Shown here: in pieces, positions 33,230 to 43,348 of the stretch | Layout of the letters: each line of letters starts with the position of its first letter | How positions within the stretch are numbered: the stretch's first letter is position 1 | Source of the DNA: Piedraia hortae CBS 480.64 | Lineage: Eukaryota | Assembly (NCBI GenBank): GCA_010093745.1 | Contig: MU005970.1 | Coordinates: 143,549 to 207,548 of the forward strand | Direction: 5' to 3' | DNA: 64,000 bases | Translations under genes and position numbers: made by a program | Notes under the pieces: generated by a model | What the model was told of the DNA's origin: nothing | The model's input: only the letters and a program-made list of their open reading frames with translations | Database searches by the model: none

Positions 33230-34720
33230 TTCAGCCCGTTATCAACTGCTGTATTTGGAAGGGACTGGAGGGGGCGTTTGGCGTCGTCAGCAGTGCTTCA
33301 CAACGCATGTGGACATGACAGGTGTTCCCTATCACAGGAGGCAGCCCTCGAGAACAAAGTGCCGAGAAATGCCCCATCAAGACCGAACCAATCGACCTTC
33401 GTCGCGGATCCATCTTTACACAACTCAAGCCGTCGACGGAACCAATTAACCTACAGTTATCAGGCCTTCGGGACTTCTGAAGCGCGCAGAGCTCCCTCCG
33501 TGGCCAGAATCGAAAATGGTCTTACCAACTCGAAGACAACAGACATCAGTAAATGCTGTAGTGTCTCACAGACTCGAAGGCCTGGGCTTCATAGCTTCAG
33601 GAGCTGCACTTGCCCTTCCATCACCCACAGTAAGCACCCTCTCACAATCCATGATCACAGCCACGTCATCGTCCTTTTCTTTGCACACTTCAATGCGTAT
33701 CCCGAACAGTAAAGGAAAAAAGCGAAGCAGAGATGTGAGCACTCCGCAGCTAAGTGACAGAGAAGGTGGCTGACCTCCGGGTGGGAAATTCACCGCGATA
33801 GCACCGGAGAGATGTACAAATGGTATAATGCGCGCGGTCACCATCGCCTATGAATCTACATGTTCACAAACTGGGACCAGCAACTGGAACGAGGGGTGGA
33901 CCATGGAGGACGAAGTCTTCGTGTTGTCTGGAATCCCAATTGCGCCGGATCAAGCATGACTATCTCCATCAGTTTAACCGGAAGCGTATTGATCTGGTGA
34001 TGCGAATTCTGGTAACGCCGTGAAAGGGGCGAAGCCTCGAAGACCTGGTCACGATGAGACCGTGTTTCTCCGCTGCGCGATTGTCTGCAGCTGATGTTCG
34101 CGGCTGCGGAGTCCGGCGACCAGGAAAGCCGCTGGAAGGCCTTTTGCACGTGCAACCCATACCATGGTACCCCTTTGAATCAGATGTCCATTGCATTTGG
34201 TTCATGCGCTACCATTCCAAGAAGTGATCTGGAAAAACAGAACGATGTCAAGGACAGATGTCCCGTCTCTAAGTAAGCTCAAGAAGACAAGGAGTCTGTC
34301 AACTGCTTCATCGAAGTAACATCACTGAACAGCCTTTTTACGCCTTCAGCATTAGGATGGGGGCTAGTAGTCTTGAGTCCATGAACCTCGTTGAGCGGCC
34401 AGAGACTAATTCGTTCGGATGAGACTTTCGGTTTACGGACAGAGGTGTGTGGTAGTGTTAACGCAAATAGACAGAGGCTGTTGAAATTCATCGGAGGACT
34501 GCAGGACTTGGCAAACCAGACGCGTCTAGTCTCCCGTTGCTTGAATAAATGCGAGTTTGGAGGTACCAAGGTCGAACGTACGGTGGAGTTCGTGGAGGTA
34601 GAGGCAATTCAATTCTGCGAGGCACCCACTGCTTCCTGGGCTTCACGAACTACTGCCGGGGTTCGTCCCCAACTACGCTCTCTTGCGACTGGCACGCGAA
34701 TGGGTCTACAGTCTAGTCGA
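33230..34720 (+). mobile_element. decayed Mutator-like (MULE/SWIM-type) transposase remnant
   Basis: Ordered, frame-broken blocks VDMTGVPY, HFNAYP, EIHRDSTGEMYKWYNARGHHRL*IYMFTNW, LESQLRRIKHDYLHQFNRKRIDLVMRIL and WKAFCTC. These resemble, from memory, fungal MULE/SWIM transposase-like proteins. Stops and frameshifts are present; no TIR was found; boundaries are approximate. Confidence 0.55.
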
Positions 34721-36376
34721 TGAACTTAGTACGAATCCCTTTTGATGCTGAACAAGGACTCAGACAAGGTAGAAAAAAAAATCCAACCTTGGAAAAGGCG
34801 TCCGCTCATTCCTGGGTTTCGCAAACTACTACATGGGTTCGTTGAATACAACGCTCACTTGCGACTGACTCTCGAAAGAGCCTACAATTTGGTTGATGAA
34901 CGTATTGAATTCCCTGGTTGAGGCTGGACGAGGACTCAAGATGGATCCTGACAACGTGCTCTGGGCCCAATCGCCACTTGCTGGTTCCTGGGTTTCGCGA
35001 ATTTTTACCGGGAGTTCGTCGCTGGCACGGTAGTGAATGGATTCCGGCACCGAGGCGGGTTCCGATTCGTTAAACACATTCGTTTCCGATAACGAATGAT
35101 GTGGATGCCACCTATCGACACGCAGAGATGGATCGCTTTGGGTGCGGAACTGTGGTATGCTTGCGGCTGTTGCTATCAGTGCAGTTTGGTGCGAACACGC
35201 TTCTATGGGAACGCCAATGGGTCTAGGTTTGGATGTAGCATCTTTGGCAGGACGAAAGGGAATCCGATGCCAATAACCAGGTGGAGCTATCGCCCAGGTG
35301 ATGGTTTAGCCAACGATTTATTTTTGGTGGTAATCTACACCTCTGTGGGCAGGGAGTTCATGTGCCGGTCACGGACTGAACTTGCCTGAGCGGGCTGGAC
35401 AGATGACTTTCCTCCGAGGCAGGCCGTAAAGCTGCGCCGTTTCGTCCTTTCGATGTCTATCGGGGGCTTGGGGCCAGTGCTAGAAGTATATGGAGATGCC
35501 GCGTTTGCGGACTGGGGTCCCAGGGACAAAAGAGATTTATGACACCATGCGCCCTGAGTTTTACGGCACTACAGAATGTTGTTTGGCGAAGCTACGAGAC
35601 GATCAGCGTTTGCTCTTCTTGTTGGGAACTATGTACAGCACGTTAATATTTCATGGATTCCGACGACGGAAATGAGAGCAGACGGCTCCACGACGGCCCC
35701 CACCTCCGACAACTGTTAGAAAAGATCACGGCAGGTTGCAGAAATTAGACCTGCGAATGAGGAATATTTTGGTACGCCATAGAGAGGCGTGGCAGGTCTT
35801 TCGAACGTTGTCGGAGCTCATGCAAGGAAAGCTGAAAGTTCGAGCGCTGATTGCGTAGACTGCGTGAAGGATTAGGGAGATCCTCGTGAATGTTACGTAT
35901 GGAACGAATACAGCTTTGCCTCTTTCTGGGACCAATTCTGTAAAGTAGGTTACTGAGGGAGCAGAAATATATTTGTAGTGGGAGGTAGCTAACCTGGACA
36001 GTGGCTTGGATGGGAAGACCTTTGTGAAAAGTATTGATTTTTACTTTGAACAATTACCTATCCAATAGTATCAACCTAGTTTGTTTTGGATTCAAGCATC
36101 GCCGCTAGCGCATATGCAGGGCACTTGCATAGCAAGTCAGCGATACCTCCTACACTACCAGCTGCACCCTAGGTTTTTCCCTCACAGAGGTTTTCCCTCA
36201 GGGTTATGTCATATGTGACATGGTGAATGCGCCCTGCTAGTATACGACGTGACATCACCGGCCCACCGGTACAGAATTTCCATTCTGACGTCTCCTCATA
36301 GAGATATATAGTCATTCACACCGTCAGATCGACACTGGTGTTGACTCATATCCATCCTCATCTGTCCTGTTCCTGT

Positions 36377-36690
36377 TTCCGTCCACCGCTGCGCACTCTC
36401 AACCACGGGAGCCCAATCGCTACAGTTTGCAGTGGACCCGTTCGCGATTGCGGCCCCGTCTCCATCACTCTCCCACCACTTTTCCAGAAAGAGGTTGGTG
36501 GAGGCGGAGCCGCAATTACAAAAGTGCCGCGTCTAAACGAGCGGTCATGTGTACTGGAGTTCGATTGTGATACCCCTTGAACTCTGTCTCGCATGTCGCC
36601 AAGAATTAGGCACCGTACCCCTGATCGACATGTCGAGTCATGGGTCGTGGTTGTACAGCATGGGGTTGGCGGGTGGCGGAAGACTTTTTG
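36377..36690 (+). ncRNA. candidate structured non-coding RNA (family unassigned)
   Basis: Long-range closing helices plus several internal hairpins with G-U pairs on the + strand. TATATA lies near 36305 upstream and ACTTTTTGA directly downstream. Confidence 0.4.
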
Positions 36691-36966
36691 AATGGCTGCT
36701 CCTCCGACGCGATCATCAAGCAAAGTTGCTTCCTCCTTCCAAGGCCATGCTATTGCGTTCTATTGTCCGCGTGGCAATTGAGCGCAATGGTGGCCGGAGC
36801 CGACAAACCATGCACTGGCCCGCCAGCACGTCCAAACAGATGACCCTTTTACACACGCTCTTTCCTAGGGGATGTGCGACGCACATGCACTGGGCACTTC
36901 CATCTCTACAGACTTGAGTGATCGTACTCTCGTCTTCTTCTCGAGCCTTATCTTCTTAATCTAAAG

Positions 36967-37605
36967 ATGCGTTGCTCAGCTGCGCTGCTGTCTCTGGCTG
37001 CTTCGGCCCTGGCTCAGACTTCAGCGTAAGTGTGTCGTTGGGATTGTGATAGATTTGCTGAAGGTTGTGACAGAGGGGATGACTGGGAGTCGATGCTCAT
37101 GACGGCCATGCCGTCTTCTCTCCTCGTCGAAGCCACGGGCAACCCCGATGCATTCATATCCGATGTTTCGTCCCAGCTCCTGGCCAGCACCGTCAAAACC
37201 CTGCCGGGTTGGTTCAAAGCGATGCCGACAGATGCACAACAGTACTTTACTATGGGTCTGGAGGAGTATATCAAGGAGCATGGACAGGGTTCAGCTACGA
37301 CAGCTTCCGGAGCGGCCTCTATAGCGGATGCTTCTGGCTCGGACTCAACGGCCACGGACTCGGCAATTAGCGATCAGAAAACCGCTTCGGACATTACAGA
37401 GTCGGGAAAGGCCACACACTCAGGTGGGAAGTCGACCGAAAGCTCGGCCACAGCTTCGGATTCGGAGATCAGCCAGACCTCAGATGGCCTTCCCGCCGTT
37501 GCTGCCCCTTCTAGTGCAGCTTCTGCCGCGGCTCCAGCAAGTCCTATGCCGGCCGTCGTCTTTGCGCTCGGTGCATCCCTTGTTGCCGGCTTGTTGGCCA
37601 TGTGA
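36967..37605 (+). CDS. small secreted, probably GPI-anchored Ser/Thr-rich protein, array paralogue A
   Basis: Signal MRCSAALLSLAASALAQ, phase-2 GT-AG intron, core TAMPSSL...FISDVSSQL..STVKTLPGWFKAMPTDAQQY, S/T stalk, hydrophobic tail. Confidence 0.85.
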
Positions 37606-38105
37606 TGTGCATCGTTTTTGGAGTTGGGAAGGAAAAGCATTAGCGGGAACGGCATCGGATTTAGTTACACTGCGTCGAGTATTGATAGAGCTGACTGCTT
37701 CAGACGATTCTATTTCCATCGTTGGTAATTGTTGGTGTCCACGTTGATCTGCTGGCCGTGTACATCCAACAGTACCCACGCGTGGCGCCAGACAAGGCTG
37801 CAGCGCCACAATATCAACGCATGTACTTGCGTACTCTATCCAACGGCCACTAACATCGACCATGAACAACGAACTTTGAAACGATATTCCATCCGGCTGT
37901 CAGTGCAAACAGGAGCAAAGACAATAAAATGATTGGCCGCATCGAACATCCAGACCGACCAGGCTCGGAAGTGGCTTTCGCCAAAGGATTCTGCACCGCG
38001 ACGGCACGAGCCAACCCCCAATGAGTACATAAACATAGCCTCTCAAAACCCCGGGGGTACTGGACATTGTCTTCCATAAGTCTCGTCGATACACATTCGT
38101 TCAAC

Positions 38106-38758
38106 ATGCACCACTCTCTCCTTCTCCTCCCGGCCCTCGCAGCGTTTGCTCTCGCGCAGAGCGGAACCGGCACCGAGTAGGTATTCCGACGCGAAAGCGA
38201 CTTGCCCACTCACCAAGCAATCACAGATATGAACACTATAGATCAATCATCGCCACGGCTGTGCCATCATCCATCCAAGCCGCAGCCGCTTCAAGCGTCG
38301 ACCAATTAACTTCCGAATTCATGGTCGGCTCAGCGACGACACCCCCACCTTGGTTCGCGGCACTGCAGAGCGATGTACAAGAGTACATCATCCCAGGCAT
38401 AAATGCATACTACAGCAGCCAAGCCAATGCAGTCGTAAACGGCACGATTGCGTCGTCCACGAGACATACTACGACTGTTACTGTATATGCCGGCGCCGCG
38501 AGTGGGAATGCAACGGCTGGGAATTCGACCGCTGTTGTGGCTACAACTTCTTCGAGCCGGCGGTCGACTTCACGATCGTCGACGAAGTCGACGGAACCTG
38601 CGACTACGTCGTCAGCGGAGCAGAGTTCACCGGCCAGCTCGGCGGCGGCAGCGAGTAGTCCGTCCTCTACAGGTAAGAGTTTTGCGGTCGGGCTTGAGTC
38701 GTTGCCTGTGGCGGGTATTACCATTGTCGCGGGTGTTGTTGGGTTGCTTGCTTTGTAG
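38106..38758 (+). CDS. small secreted, probably GPI-anchored protein, array paralogue B
   Basis: Signal MHHSLLLLPALAAFALAQ, phase-2 intron (GTAGGT..CAG), core TAVPSSI...LTSEF...TTPPPWFAALQSDVQEYIIPGI, S/T stalk, tail VAGITIVAGVVGLLAL. Confidence 0.85.
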
Positions 38759-39026
38759 CTGGTTTATTTCGTTGTCTTTTCAGTTTTGTATTGTTCCAAC
38801 ATTTGGCCAATGAGCTATGCAATATCCCGAATCTAGCCATGCGCAGTGGCTATGCAATGTTCCTCCCAATCAGCCTCATCCCTCGACCCAACACCCGTCC
38901 CAAAAACAGCTCAAGGCCTGACAAGGATGAAAAAGGTCCTTCAGCCTCACAGCCTGTAGACATAAAACCGCCCTCGATTATTTCACTCCCAGTCACTCGT
39001 TCATCCCACCCAACCGAATGAGAATC

Positions 39027-39470
39027 ATGAACCTCCTCCCCATTTTCCTCCTGGCAACCCTCACCTCAGGAGGCGAAACTACAACCCAAGCGTGCGTCCC
39101 ATCCTCATCCGGGGCACCCTACCCCCTTTATATTCATTGCCCCAGCAGTTCTAACACAAACAGCGACGAAGACTATTTAGAGTCCGTGATCGGCACCGCC
39201 CTCCCCCGAACCCTCTACGATTTATTAGAGACAAACCTCCCCTCCGCATTCGCAGCAATCAAACAAGAACTCTACGCACCCACAGCAACAGGTGAACCAA
39301 GTTGGTTCACGCACATGCCCACGCGCGCGCAGACCTTACTGGACCCGGGGGTGGTGGCATATGAGAAGACGCATAACTTTGCGTTGCCCACCGGGGGCAC
39401 AGGGAGACGTAGTAGGGCTGCTGCGCTGGGGGTTGGGGTTGCTGTGGGGGTTGGGGTATTGGGGGTGTAG
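39027..39470 (+). CDS. small secreted, probably GPI-anchored protein, array paralogue C (almost no stalk)
   Basis: Signal MNLLPIFLLATLTSG, 72-nt in-frame phase-2 intron 39092-39163 (GTGCGT..CTAAC..CAG), core TALPRTL...IKQEL..PTATGEPSWFTHMPTRAQ..DPGVVAYEKTHNF, tail LGVGVAVGVGVLGV. Confidence 0.85.
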   Translation: MNLLPIFLLATLTSGGETTTQACVPSSSGAPYPLYIHCPSSSNTNSDEDYLESVIGTALPRTLYDLLETNLPSAFAAIKQELYAPTATGEPSWFTHMPTRAQTLLDPGVVAYEKTHNFALPTGGTGRRSRAAALGVGVAVGVGVLGV

Positions 39471-40506
39471 GATCGTGGGTGTATGATATGAATGTGATGT
39501 TCTTTTGAAGAGTTCCAGTGGGATTGATGTTGGATGGGCGAGTTCGTGGTTGGAAGGATGACAGGTTGATGGGTTTGTCAGATGGAAAGGGTATTTGGGC
39601 TTAGGTTCAAGGAAGCTTAGTCTAGAGGTATAAGGTTTTTGTATGTGGTTTTGAGGGATATGTGAGGATGTTGAATGGGTTCGTTCTCGAGGTTGATGGT
39701 TTGACTGAGTCAGCATCGACTGTGGGGAAGATCGGGAGGTTTCATGACTAAGGTGGACAGTGGATAGAGAGAGGAGGGCAACTCCCCGCTAGGCTCGGGC
39801 CGCTTGGGGGATAGATGCTTCGGGGGTTCTAGCTGCGGTGGTCGGATGGATAAGCATCTTCGAGGAGAAAGATGAACACTTTTTAGCTTCGCAGTGCAAC
39901 ACATCGCCGAAACGGATTTGCGCAAGTGACTGCCGGACTGTTGGCCATCTGTTTGTTAGGTTTGAATTGTTCGGAGCTTTTTGAATGTGAAGTGTTCAAG
40001 CTGGGCGTCCCCGTCCTTCGGCAATATCCGCTGCGCAGCCCGTCGATGATACTACGTACTGCTTGCACCACGATCTATAAGTGGAAACTCTTATCCCAAA
40101 GGCTGGGTCTGGAGCAAACCTGCGCATGGTGTCGCACGCAGGCATCTCCACACCTGCATCAAGATCAGTCTGAGCCGGCGAATGAAACGCCACCTGTTAC
40201 GAGTCCTGTCTGCGGCTGTGGACGACAACGCGATCGATGAGGGAAGAACAAGCGAGCTCGTTCCAGGGCTTCAAAAATAGAGTTTCCACTTTTTTTCCCC
40301 GGTGAGATGACAGGTCCTGGCTGCCTTGCAACGGTTTCTTATTGGTCCGCAAGAGTTATGTTTCCCAGGCTGACCACATACACAGCCTGATCCTCCATGC
40401 TTACCGCATTTCTTTCGGCTAAAAGGCGGACGCCGGCAAAGCGACAAAAATTCCAATCTAACCCATCTAACCCTCCAAACCCAAAGACATATCAGAGCTC
40501 AGAACA

Positions 40507-41414
40507 ATGCATTCCCTCGTAGTTCTCCTCTCAACCCTAAATGTCGGCGTCTTCGCCCAAAGGCATGCCTTCCATATGACTTATCCGCAATTCGGCTAAC
40601 TCCCAGAAGCTACGATGACGAATACTTCAGCTCAACAGTGGAAACATCAATGACTACCGGTTACGGCCGTATTACTACCAGCGCGGGCGATTATGCCTCT
40701 ACGGATGTGTCCGGGAGTTCAACTCTAAGCGACCAATACAGCTCAATAGTTTCAGATGTCGCGTACTACAGCTCTATGCTCGAAACAGCATTGCCCTCCT
40801 CTCTTCTCAGCCTTATATCCGCCGACCCCGAAGCCGCAATATCGGAGATCAGCTCTGAACTCCACGCTTCCACCGGCCTACCTAGTTGGTTTACCCACCT
40901 GCCCACTCCCTTGCAGTCTGAGATATTGTTTGGCGTGGACGGATATGCCTCTATTACTTCATTGATAAGCGAGACTTTTGCGGCTACGGCAACAGGTTTT
41001 ACGAGTGAGCCGACAGAAATGTGAGTACCACCCAGCTCTAAGAGGGGCATCGCGAAAACAGCCTCTCTTAAAGGCCTTCTTTGAAGTTCTGATATGCTGA
41101 CTCTTAGCCGTAGATCTTCGAGCGAAACCAAAAGCTTGGACTATGGCAGTGGTGTAATTGCCAGCAGTGATGCACAGACTTTAACTGCGAGCTCCGACGT
41201 CAGCAGCAGCGCCGATAGCAGTGGCAACAGCAGTGCCACTAGCAACCGCAATGGCGATAGCAGCAACATCAGAACCAGCAGCCCCAGCCCCAGCACTAGC
41301 AGCACTGATAATACTGGAACACAAAGTTCTTCCGCAATGTCTTTGGGCTCGATAGGGACATTCGTCGCAGGATTCGCAATCGCGGTGGGAATTGGCGGGG
41401 TACTGGTTATCTGA
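40507..41414 (+). CDS. small secreted, probably GPI-anchored protein, array paralogue D (3 exons)
   Basis: Signal MHSLVVLLSTLNVGVFAQ, GC-AG intron 40563-40606, core TALPSSLLSLISADPEAAISEISSELHASTGLPSWFTHLPTPLQ, intron 41021-41113, S-rich stalk, tail FAIAVGIGGVLVI. Confidence 0.82.
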
Positions 41415-41862
41415 GGTTTGTAAGAACAACACTGGTTGTGTCATGTGGAGGACTCAAGATGGTGAGCATATGATACTGTCGTAATGTAGTTCGACATGTT
41501 TTTCTATTGTACACTTTGAATTTATCCATAAGAAGGCTGTAAGCCACTTGAAAAGTCTAGACTAGGCCAAATCATTTTGCCTTTAGCCCGATTCAACGGT
41601 TTTCCCGATTGGAAAATGGTTATTGCCTCAATTCAGACCTTTGTTCCACAAAAGAAATGTTCAAATTAAGATAACACCGTCAGACTGAGCGAAGGAATAG
41701 TTCAGCCTGATCCTTCGTTTTTGCTTCATTTCCCCTTCGACTATAAGCCCCAAGTGTTAGCGCAATGCTCCGCTTTAAAAGGCCCAAAGTGCCCCATCAT
41801 ATTCCATAGAAAGAGTTGTCGTTGAATCTCAAACACCGAGTCACACTTCAGAATCCAGAACC

Positions 41863-42502
41863 ATGCGTTCCCTTCTATTCATCATCCCAGCTCTGAGCAT
41901 TGGCGCCCTCGCCCAAAGGCATGCCTCAAAATCATATGCATACACAGTCCAACTAACCCTCCACAAGCGACGACGAGTACACGTCGTATGCCAATGTATT
42001 GTATACCGCAATGCCAGAGTCCCTTCGCAAGCTTGCCACGAGCGATGAAGAGGCTGCAATATCTGAGATTGCAGCTGAGTTTACGGCATCTACGGTTACA
42101 GGCATCCCAAGCTGGTTTACCCACATGCCCACCGCTGTGCAGGAGGATTTGGTTCCAGGAATACTCGATTACGAATCTACACATTCATTTGCAAAGGCTA
42201 CGTGAGTACCGCCCGCCCAACCATTCCCAATTCATTCCGTCCATTCTAAACAATGCAAACAATTCAATCTAACTCAACCCATAACAAACCATAACAACTT
42301 ACCCCACCCTACTCCATCTCATGTCGACCTACCGCATCCCACCCCCTTCTTCAACCAATGAATCGAGCTAACGCCTCCTAGTGGCGCCAGCACCAGCAAT
42401 GGAGGAAAGAAATCTTCCTCTGCACCTACCATGCGCTTTATAGGGGCAGTTTCTGCCGGAGTTGCGGTTGCGGTCGGAGTGGGTGGCGTATTGGTACTGT
42501 AA
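41863..42502 (+). CDS. small secreted, probably GPI-anchored protein, array paralogue E (3 exons)
   Basis: Signal MRSLLFIIPALSIGALAQ, GC-AG intron 41919-41967, core TAMPESL...EAAISEIAAEFTASTVTGIPSWFTHMPTAVQEDLVPGILDYESTHSF, intron 42202-42381, tail VAVAVGVGGVLVL*. Confidence 0.82.
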
Positions 42503-42623
42503 TCTATTGTTCGAGAATACGATAACTCTTCCTGGCGAAACTATATCATTTATCCTCCATATGAATTTCGAGTTGGAAACCTGTGGGGATTTGTGAAATC
42601 AGAAACTAGCTCTTCCTCCCGGA

Positions 42624-42641
42624 GGGGGGGGGGGGGGGGGG
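42624..42641. repeat. G18 homopolymer
   Basis: Direct reading; it lies between paralogue E and the broken paralogue F. Confidence 0.85.
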
Positions 42642-42920
42642 TGCTCTGAGTTTTCTACGGTAATATAGAAGCCCTCCCATCGCTATACCCGACTACCTTC
42701 CAGAAGTGCAGAGTTCATAGTGCGATGCGAAGGCAGAATCAATCCACACCGTGACAATCCAATCCCGCCATCAAACTTCACAGTCTTCCACCCGTATTTA
42801 GTGACACTCTGATATGCTGCTGCATCCCAGCCTGTAAAGCCAACCCCATGGAAGTCTCGTGCGAAGTACTCTGTTATGATGTGTCCTGGGTTCGGGCTGA
42901 GCTTGAAAAGGGATTTTGAC

Positions 42921-43348
42921 ATCGAGATTCACGCAGAGCCCACGGTTGAGCATGACCCACGGCTACAGGCCTCCCCAGCTGGTTTGCGTATATGCACACT
43001 TCCGTGCAGAACTGGTATGCTCCGGAGGTAGTCGAGTATGGCGCTACGCATTCGTTTATGAGCGCTGTGAGAGCTACGCGAGTGCTTACGTTCCCATCTA
43101 GTCCTAATTAATCGCATTCATCCCGATCTATACAAGTGATCCAACCTACACCGAGCTATGCCGACCTACTACGACTCACCTACATCCTCCCACGTCCCGT
43201 CCCCGAGCAAGAGCCACCTCAAGGAGACTGACTCCACAGCGGGAAATCCACAACCGCCCCCCGACTCGCAATCTCCCTACCCTCCACAGGAGGCGTCGTC
43301 GCGATCCTCACCATCGCGGTGGAGGTGGGAGTAGCATTACTCCTGTAG
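42921..43348 (+). pseudogene. 5'-truncated sixth paralogue (F) of the array
   Basis: TATGLPSWFAYMHTSVQNWYAPEVVEYGATHSF core, intron-like 43078-43239 (GCGAGT..CTGAC..CAG), tail GGVVAILTIAVEVGVALLL*. In-frame TGA at 42953, a frameshift upstream, and no signal-peptide exon. Confidence 0.75.

Noticed and set aside
36195..36210. Telomerase-RNA template candidates (TAACCCT on the minus strand here; TTAACCCTT near 49483)
   Set aside because: Neither extends to the expected TAACCCTAA, and I could not identify a pseudoknot or P6.1 element.
36556..36570. GAGTTCGATT as a tRNA T-loop or Pol III B-box
   Set aside because: There is no T-stem pairing or cloverleaf. No tRNA, rRNA or CRISPR array was recognised anywhere in the window.
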